From contig OX597820.1 in assembly GCA_951406725.2 (NCBI GenBank), forward strand, positions 32,984,001 through 33,048,000: DNA of 64,000 nt, given 5' to 3'. Positions 54,889-64,000 of this stretch are shown here, piece after piece (position 1 is the stretch's first letter; each line of letters starts with the position of its first letter). Source of the DNA: Octopus vulgaris. Lineage: Eukaryota. Under the pieces are notes generated by a model. The model ran no database searches, was not told the origin of the DNA, and was given only the letters and a program-made list of their open reading frames with translations. Position numbers and translations under genes: made by a program.

Positions 54889-55062
54889 TACAGTTCTATA
54901 TTTAATAAATGAGGAATTATGTACATTATTTACATTTGACGGATATTTGTCGTTACTTAGTTTGTTGTTAACTCAATGTTTCGGCTGATACACCCTCCAG
55001 CCTTCTTCATGTGTCTTGGGGAAATTTCGTGCCTGGGTTCTCAATCCTAAGGTATTTTTCGA

Positions 55063-55103
<41 letters not shown>

Positions 55104-55214
55104 TCACTGCCTGGAATCGGACTCGGAATCTTGGGGTTAGTAGCCCGCGCTCTTAACCACTACGCCATATGCCCTGAGGACAAATACCCGTCAAATGTAA
55201 ATAATGTAAATAAA
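54889..55214 (-). mobile_element. tRNA-head/(AAT)n/hammerhead element, copy 3, with 40 bp inverted 3' fragment
   Basis: Head ends at 55174; HHR relic 54970-55015; 55175-55214 is an inverted copy of ~54915-54952. Confidence 0.85.
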
Positions 55215-55681
55215 TTAAAGATTGCAAATGTTTTGTTCTCCCTTGATCAAGATGCAGTCACTCTACACCCATCACAACATTAATATTTCTTCAAATTTTT
55301 TTCACGTATATATTTAAACGGCTACTACAAAAGAAATAAAATTTTAAAATTCTCACTAAGTCCATGTTAGCTTTATTACAATTAACAATTTACTGTGCAT
55401 ACCAGCATTTGAATTGAACCAGCGACACACAGATATAGAGTCCCACCCACTTTGCAGTCACACTACTATACGCCCAAGAGTATGTCTATCAGATGAGGAA
55501 ATTAGAGATGATTCCATAAATTGCTTAACTTTTTCCCACAGTAATTAATCTGTAATTATGGAGTAGTGTTTATTTAATGCGAGTAAGTTTAATTTCAATA
55601 ATTATTCTGTAAGGAAAAACATTTCAACATTGTTCTTAATATACTAAAATCCACAGTCAAACACAGAGACACACACACAGA

Positions 55682-55743
<62 letters not shown>

Positions 55744-55782
55744 CATAAAGCGCTCGCATTAAACACATTATTTTTTTCTGCT

Positions 55783-56285
55783 ATTCTTTTACTTGTTTCA
55801 GGCATTTGACTGCGGCCATGCTGGAGCACCGCTTTGAAAGGTTTTACTCGAACAATCGACCCCCATGACTTATCTTTAAAGCCTAGTACTTATTCTATCA
55901 GTTTTTTGTATCGAACCGCTAAATTACAGGAACATAAACATACTAGCACCTGTTATCAAGCGGTGATGGGGGAGAGGACAAACACAGACATAGACACAAA
56001 GATACACACACAGATACACACACCCATACACACATACACATATATGACAACAGTATCGGTTGTCAAGCGATGTTGAGGGACAAACACAGACACACAAACA
56101 TACACACATATATATATACATATATACGACGGGCTTCTTTCAGTGTCCATCTACCAAATCCACTCACAAAGTTTTGGTCGGCCCGTGGCTATAGTAGAAG
56201 ACATCCTACTGTGTGATAACACAGTAGGATTGATCCCGGAACCATGGTGTTGGGAAACAAGCTTCTTACCATACAGCCACGACTG
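55783..56285 (-). mobile_element. SINE family A with internal duplication
   Basis: TGT(T/C)A(T)CAAGCG..G(A/G)ACAAACACAGAC segment occurs twice. Confidence 0.85.
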
Positions 56286-56659
56286 CACCACACAGCTCCA
56301 AAAATAAATAGACACGTCTCATTATGCTGCTTATGTCGGTGCGGACACTACCTGGTACTTTCAAAATTGTTAATGTATTATGTACAAGACGTATCTGCTG
56401 AATACTGGATTTAGTATATAAATGCATCAAATGATATTATTTTGTTTTCAGAAATAAATCTTTTAAAGCCAGTAGTATCTATTTAGTCTTGAACATCCTT
56501 TCTGATGCTCCAGAATAGCATGTTTTAGCACCAGTGGAATTAAGAATAAGCACTAAGTTACATTTTGTTTTCCACAAGGAAGAGTAGGAAGAACAAGGAA
56601 GGAGCGCAAACAAAAGCATGTAATACCCATACTTCTGTGCGGTTCTAATAACGATGTTG

Positions 56660-56957
56660 TTGTTTTTCCTTCTCGAGCCATGTTTGGCTCATAAGGGCCG
56701 GTTTCCCGGTTTCATTGGCATATAGATTCCCCAACTAGACGGGATGCTGGTCCGTCGCAGGTGAGCTGCTAGATGCAGGAGAGAAGAGTGAGAGAAAGTT
56801 GTGGCGAAAGAGTCAGCAGAAGTTCGCCATTACCATCTGCCGGAGTCGCGTGGAGCTTAGGTGTTTCGCTCATAAACACACAGTTCGCCCGGTCTAAGAT
56901 TCGAACCCTCGATCCCTCGACCGCGAGTCCGCTGCTCTAACCTCTAGACCATGTGCC
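56660..56957 (-). mobile_element. SINE family B2
   Basis: 14 bp TSD TCTAATAACGATGT (56644-56657/56958-56971). Confidence 0.9.
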
Positions 56958-57971
56958 TCTAATAACGATGTAACAGTCTACGGAAAGGACTGATTTCCTC
57001 AAAATTTCTGATTGTTGAGTTGACAGGGTATTGGAAAGACAATGTGAAGTGGGCACAAGAAAAGAAGGGTCTAAATATGAAGGGCTTAACGAAACGTGTG
57101 AGATACGATGAAGGCAGGGCCTTCTAGGTAGTAATATAAAATTCCTTGAGCAAATTTTTGCTTTGGGGCCTTTACATACATAACCACAGCTTACATAGAT
57201 TAGCATTAGGCCCACAAGACCCATGAAATCTATAGAGCTGCCCTGTGGTCCCATGCTTTATGAAAGGGACTGCGTGTACATAGTTCTCAAAGAGGTGAGA
57301 TGTCGTTGGTTTGTGTCTAAATACACTGTGTCCGACAAGACTGGATTGGGACTTATGAAGAAGGGTAGAGCAATGATTTGTGAACTGGGGAGAACATAGG
57401 TCTGTCCTGAGCCTTAGGACTCATAAGGCTTGAGTTTAACTTGGTTTTCATGGCGCATAAATAACTCCACCTACAAAACTCCATCCACCCTTTAAACAGG
57501 ATTCGTAGCAACTGTCATCTTCACAGCTGTCACTGGAACTGATTTGCAGCTGAGTGGACTGCAGCAACATGAAATAAAGAACACATCTCACTACCCGGTC
57601 CTGGAATCGAAACCTCAATCTTACAATCGCGAGTGCAATATCAACATCATTTGACCACACGCCTCCAAAACTGAAGTGGTGGCGGTTGCAGTGGTGGTGG
57701 GAGAATGCATATGAAAAGAGGACAAATTATCAGTGAGCAGCAAAAGGAAATATTTAATGCTTGTTTGGAGTGGTTGCAGCTGCAAAGGGTTTGGAGTGAT
57801 GGCTGCACCGATGAGGGATGAGAGCAGAAAAATCATGTGACATCGTGCGCCGAAAGAAATCAGGCGTTTTCTGGTAGAGTCAATACTACATTGTAGTGTT
57901 GAAGCGAGTGATGCAATCTGAAAGCAACAAAATTTTGTGATCTGCTGTTGACATACATATGGTATGTGTGA

Positions 57972-58007
<36 letters not shown>

Positions 58008-58477
58008 ATATTGTGCATGTAAATGTGTGTGTGTTTGCGTGTGTATGTGTCTGTCTGCGTGTGTATGTGTGAACAGTAATAACAGTAATAATCTTTGGAT
58101 GGTATTTATAAATATACTAATGCATCGCTACGTGCGTTTCCACAAATTATATGTTTCTTAAGATCATAGTCCGTATTTCTGCGATGATTACAGGCCCGTC
58201 TGTAGTATCCATGGACATCGGGTAGATCATGTTCATGCATTCATTTCTTCTGGCGAATTAGCATTAATGGATGTTTAACAGAGAGTTGTTTACCAATTCC
58301 GCCCAATGAAAAGGTTGAATGGGTTATGTGGGCATTTTTGTGTGCATTTTGTGGCAAAGAGTCGAAGGTGATGGAAAGAGAGTAAGGAATGGTAGTATAA
58401 GGAGAGGGAAGTGTGTGTGTGGTGATGTTGGACTAAATTTACTATTTGAGTATACATATATATGTATTTATATATGC

Positions 58478-58508
<31 letters not shown>

Positions 58509-58524
58509 TACATACATACGTATA

Positions 58525-58725
58525 TGGGTACAGGACTTCACAAAACGTAAACAACATGAAATACGAAGACAAACTTGGGCTTGCGAACAACGAGAGAAAC
58601 AAGAGGAAAACAAGACAAGTAACATAAGGAACGACCCTTCATCAGTTGTTGGCTTTCCATCTACTGTTCATTTGTTTGGTCATATTCACAGCAGGCCCTG
58701 CCTTAATGAATATATGCATGCATAC

Positions 58726-58789
<64 letters not shown>

Positions 58790-58794
58790 ATATT

Positions 58795-58846
<52 letters not shown>

Positions 58847-59540
58847 TAATGATTATCGCCACTTCAAAAGGAAGCTGGACGATGGTCACGTGTGAGCAAC
58901 GAGAGAGAGAGTAAAGAAGAGGGAGACATACAGACAGACAGATAGATAGAAAATGGTGAAGGGGAGAAAAAAGAATTAGAGAAAGGATGAGAGAAAAAAC
59001 GAAAGGGGGAGAAGGGGAGAAAAAATTAGAGAAAAGAAGAGAGAGAAAACGAAAGGGGGAGAGAGAGAGAAAAGTACGAGGTAGGGTCGCACCAAATCCA
59101 TCTTTTCCTCATGTGATCATCTTTCTTTTCTTTCAGACTGTCTTACAGACCAGACACATTCTTACTTGTCGCCTTTTCTATCTTTTCTCTTGAAAAAGAC
59201 AATATTCCTCCAGCGTTTGCTACCTTACCTTCTCTGGCCTTAGGTCCTCCATGTTTGTTTTCGTTTAGTTGGTTGTATGTCTCCACTGTCCTGTTATCAA
59301 CTTTGACCCTCCGCAAAATCCCAAATTTTATTTTAGTTCGTGGGAGCAACTGTTTTCGAAGCCTCATATTGTCGTTAATTGCTCGAAATGAGGAGTAGAT
59401 AGACAGCCAACGACTGATGAAGGGTCGTTCCTTAAGTTACTTATTTTGTTTTCCATTTGTTTCTCTCGTTGTTCGCATACCCATGTATGTCTTTGTATTT
59501 CATGGTGTTTACGTTTTGTGACGTCCTGTACCTATATATG
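58525..59540. repeat. Large head-to-head inverted pair of the 54200 family
   Basis: ~58525-58665 is the reverse complement of ~59394-59540. Confidence 0.8.
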
Positions 59541-59613
59541 CATATATATATATACATTTATACACATATAAATGCATATATAAATGCATATATATGTATG
59601 TAAATACATATGC

Positions 59614-59645
<32 letters not shown>

Positions 59646-59662
59646 TATATATATATACATAC

Positions 59663-59716
<54 letters not shown>

Positions 59717-59721
<5 letters not shown>

Positions 59722-59895
59722 TTTACGAAAAAACCAAAAGACGTAGACAGGTGGTGTATAAAACAAACAGATGTATTAGTATAACGCTCAGGAGTAGAAA
59801 AAGTCTTTTACATTTCGAGCCTACGCTCTTCTATAGAAAGGGACACAGAAAAAACAAAGAGAGAAAAAAATGTGTGTAGTGGCTAACGATCTATC
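59717..59895 (-). mobile_element. (TA)n-adjacent element with HHR relic (second copy at 46255-46430)
   Basis: cttt-CTATAGA-a-GAGC-gtag-GCTC-GAAA-tg-TA-aaag. Confidence 0.6.
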
Positions 59896-60049
59896 ATATA
59901 TGTATATACGTTTATGAATTTGTGGAATGTATTAGTTTGACGCTCAGTATAAGATGGAAAAGAGAGTGGATGTATAACATTTCGAGCATGGCTGTTCGTC
60001 AGAAGAATAGCAAGTGTGTGGCTGACATATGCACACACACAGGCGCGCG

Positions 60050-60168
<119 letters not shown>

Positions 60169-60194
60169 AGTTATGTAGATAAGCAGATGCTCAC

Positions 60195-60685
60195 TCCAGC
60201 ATCAGGCTGGGTAAGTGTTTTCTACAATAACCCCGGGCCGACCAAATCCTTGTCAGAAGATTTGGTAGACAGAAAATGAAAGAGGCCTGTTATGTATACA
60301 TACATACACACACACATGCACACACATATGTATACACACACATATGTGTGTGTGTATGTGTATGTGCGTGCATGTGTGTGTGTGTCTTTGTGTCTGTGTT
60401 TGTCCCCTAAGACTGCTTGGGAACCGGTGTTGGTGTGTTTACGTTCCCATACCTTAGCAGTTCGACAAAAAGAATGGACAATGTTTTTAACTTTCACTTT
60501 ATATTTATCTTAAAAGTGTATAAATTTTTAATTTTGTTTATGATTATATAGCTGTGTCGTAAGTAGATCGCTTACCAACCACATGGTTCCGGGTTCAGTC
60601 CCACTGCATGGCACCTGAAGCAAGTGTTTTCTACTATAGCCTAGGGCCGACCAAAGCCTTGTGAGTGGAAACTGAAAGCCTGTTT
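60195..60685 (+). mobile_element. Two partial SINE family A copies
   Basis: GGGCCGACCAAA(T/G)CCTTGT motif occurs twice. Confidence 0.75.
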
Positions 60686-60717
60686 TATATATATATGAAG
60701 TGACTTATATAGCTGTG

Positions 60718-60775
<58 letters not shown>

Positions 60776-60778
<3 letters not shown>

Positions 60779-62210
60779 TAGTGGCCATAATATAAGGGTC
60801 AGTAAGAACAAGTGTATTGAAATATTCCTTATAGAAGATTAACATTACGTTGAGACTTCCAAACTGCAGCGATCAAAAGTTAAGGGTCACTTTGAAAAGC
60901 AATGAAAAATGGAACAAAAACAAAAAAGAATCCCTTTACTATCAATGACCTCTAGACATCTGTTACCACAGGACTGAATAATATTGTTCCGTTCATTTTT
61001 CAATAATACCCAGAGTTCGTCTTCGTTCTTTGGATTTCTCCTTTGCACCCCTCTCCAATAATCTTCCAAACGTTTTCTATAGGGTTGAGATCGGGACATT
61101 GAGATGGCCAGTCCATGAGATCAACCCTTTCATCACTCAAAAATGTTTTTGACTCTCTTCACAGTGTGACAAGAAGCGTTGTCCTATACGAAGATAGGGG
61201 GTTGAACTGACAAGGATCGGAGATGTGGAAGGGCATGCTGTCTAAGAATCTGCATGTAGATATCAGCATTGACAGTCCCTTGTAAGCGAAATAAATAGAC
61301 CAAGACCAGCAACAGAGATCACTTTCCATACCATTACACTACCTTCTCTATATTTCCCTACTTTCTTCACACATGCACGATATAACCTTTCGTCACTTCG
61401 TCGGACGTACATCCCGCCATCGGAACCAATCACATTAAACTTCGATTCTCTCCTGTCTAAACGATATGTTCGTGAGCGAAACGAAGACGAGCTCTTTGAT
61501 TCTTCTTGGAGATCAAGGTTTCTTTGCCGGTGCCCAAGCAAGCAACCCAGAACCTTGTAACCTCCGAGAAACTGTTTTGCGCGATACGTTGACATCGGAA
61601 GCGGAATTAACTCGTGGGATATTTCAGCAGCACTCTTAAACCTATCTTTCAGTGACATTCTAATCATAATTCGATCCTGTCACGGTTAAGTTTTACGAGG
61701 TCTACCGAATTTGGGTTTAGCATTTGTCGATCCTGATGACTTAAAACGAGCATGCACATGTTGAACAACACTTCCAGACCTTCCTACAGTAGTTGCTATC
61801 ACAGAATTTGACTTGCCCTCTTGATGAAGTCACACAATCCTTTGTTTTTCACCACAGGACACCGGTCGTCTCTCACAAGACGCCATGTTGACAGTTAAAT
61901 GTTCCAGTAATGTAAGATCATAAGAAATAACTATTATCCCATTAACAGTCTTCTAAACAACAAATACCTCGGTTAGTAGTTCATTTTTTTCTGAGTGACC
62001 CTGAACTTTTGGCCGCTGCAATTGGAAGATTGTTTGTTTTTTTCCTCATAACTTATGAATATTGATTCTATTCACTTAAAATTTTCACGAAAGATAGATA
62101 TTAGATATATCTAAATATGTGTAAAATATCTAGTCTGAATGTGTTAATCTTCTATAATCACTATTGGAATACACTTGTTCTTACTGACCTTTATATTATG
62201 GCCACTGCTG
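60776..62210 (-). mobile_element. Near full-length decayed Tc1-like transposon in (TA)n
   Basis: >40 bp TIRs CAGTAGTGGCCATAATATAAGGGTCAGTAAGAACAAGTGTATT; transposase pseudogene from ATG 61886 with ESKFN, GSVMVW, DNASCH, WPSQCPDLNPIENVW. Confidence 0.92.
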
Positions 62211-62288
62211 CATATATATATATATATATATATATAGATAGATAAATGAAAGAATAGAGTCGAACGGCGATTTAACAAAATTCCTTTA

Positions 62289-62371
62289 TTCTCGACATAT
62301 GTTTCGAAGACTGCATATTCCTAATTCCGAAGGAATAAAGGGTGCATTATGCCGTCTTCTCATCAGGAAAG
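62289..62371 (-). ncRNA. Hammerhead ribozyme motif with long stem II and palindromic stem III
   Basis: tttc-CTGATGA-GAAGACgGCATA..TATGCaGTCTTC-GAAA-CATATG-TC-gaga followed by AATAAA. Confidence 0.8.
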
Positions 62372-62562
62372 ACAAGGAACTTATGTCAGCATCATGACGA
62401 ACAAAAAATTTTAGATGACTGCCCACACGGAGTCCATAGTGATAATGATTTCTGCCCTTGGCATGTAGCTTCAACCGTGCTTTCTGACGTAAATTTGCTA
62501 CCCGGGTATCGGTTAACTGAATTATCCATACTAGGATAATGGATAATTCATTCAACTACTTA

Positions 62563-62630
<68 letters not shown>

Positions 62631-62848
62631 CATACTCATGCACACACATGTATGTTTGCATACATACATACACCACAAACACGCATGCACACAGGCTGAG
62701 ACACACATACAGACACGCACATGTGATAGGGCTTGAGAAGGGAGAGAACGAATCTGGAAGGAGTGAAAAGAAAAAAGACAGGTGGCGAAGCAACATTAGA
62801 AGAAGAAGGGTAAGAGGGAATTTAAACTTGTAAGAGAAGAGTAGACAT

Positions 62849-62888
<40 letters not shown>

Positions 62889-63429
62889 AAGAAAGAGAGA
62901 GAGAGAGAGGGATAGGAGTAAATTTGAACGCAGGAAGGAGACAAGGATATGAATAGTCACTAGTTTTGTTATTGAAATACCTATTGACTTTAAATGAAAC
63001 GAAAGTGAAACTATTTTCGTTCTTTGAAAACCACAATGTATTTAAAGTAGTGTGTGGGGATGTGTGCGTGTGTTCGTGTGTGTGCATGCATGTGTGTGTG
63101 TATGTGTATGTTTCTAGGAATTTTACAAAAAAAAAAATACTTAGAAAAGAATGAAAAGAAAGCGTAAAAAAACTAAGTATAAGGCCAAAAACAGCGTGTA
63201 CGCAAGAGAGTGAACGTGTACTTAAATGAGTACGAAAGGATCATCGTAATAGTTTGAAGGCGAAACTTTTTGTCATATCTTGACGAGTGAAGGAAAGCAT
63301 TCTTTTTCTCTTTCGTCTTTTACGTATTTATATATGTATTATAAATTACACATATTCCTTTTATTATTTTATATGGTTCAACCTTAATACTGCGGCCATG
63401 CTGGAGTACCGCCAGTGTAATCACTTTTT

Positions 63430-63740
63430 CATTGGCCAGTCTGATGTGATTTGGCTTTGGTGAAGAAGGGAGTTCGACACTGCTGCACTCTTTTGAGTTT
63501 CCTGTCTTGATATAGGTTCATCTGGGACCTTGAATAACAGAAAGTCGGGTTGTTTCTTGAAACCTGAAAACATCTTCTCCCTACTCCATGAAGATCACTC
63601 AGATGTTTTAGCATGGCATTAAAAACTATGGGCCCTAGAATCTCAAGTTATTACAGTGCATGGTTCTCACTCCAGACGGGATAGGTGGGATCTTTAGAAC
63701 AGTTCAGTGGCGACCAGTTAGGGGACTGATATAGCTCTCG

Positions 63741-63793
<53 letters not shown>

Positions 63794-63990
63794 GAGAAAG
63801 AAGCAACAAGAATGGATTAGTTTTTAGTACAATTGTTTCATACAAAGACAGGCTTTATTACAAGTTGCAAAAATTGCAGCAGATAAAAGTGTCCCGTACT
63901 CATCAGCTAAAATACATTTGAGTTCTCTAGACATCTTAGTGGGTGAGGTTATACTCATGAAATATTGGAGATAGTTCCATTAGAGGCAGA
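63430..63990 (-). mobile_element. CR1/L2-group LINE 3' fragment interrupted by (TA)n
   Basis: LGPIVFNAMLKHLSDLHGVG..KVPDEPISRQETQKSAAVSNSLLHQ. Confidence 0.65.
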
Positions 63991-64000
63991 TATATATATA

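Noticed and set aside
63429-63614. Possible host exon after TTTTCAG on the minus strand
   Set aside because: Another frame matches the LINE C-terminus also seen at 29090-29500.

Overview
AT-rich, microsatellite-saturated eukaryotic intergenic or intronic DNA. The SINE families and repeat landscape look like a coleoid cephalopod (Octopus-like); this is inferred from memory, not from a database match. No intact host gene is supported: nearly all ORFs in the track are microsatellite read-throughs. Recognisable content: three tRNA-derived SINE groups (several with TSDs), decayed Tc1/mariner elements, hAT MITEs, non-autonomous Helitrons, LINE remnants (R4/Dong, RTE, CR1/L2-like, Jockey-like, L1/Tx1-like) and a Penelope-like (PLE) GIY-YIG fragment. 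The main signal is a dense set of short non-coding elements beside or inside (TA)n tracts. They carry minimal hammerhead ribozyme (HHR) motifs (7 with intact CUGANGA and GAAA cores, about 10 degenerate) and/or form asymmetric fold-backs with 3' ends pointing outward and one arm carrying an extra tail. One family fuses a Pol III tRNA-like head, an (AAT)n spacer and an HHR-bearing PLE-like tail, and inserts head-to-head, making it a candidate Penelope-mobilised ribozyme SINE. A separate (TAA)n-targeted system (R4/Dong fragment plus a non-coding ~530 bp element) is also present. Coordinates were read by eye and may be off by a few bases.
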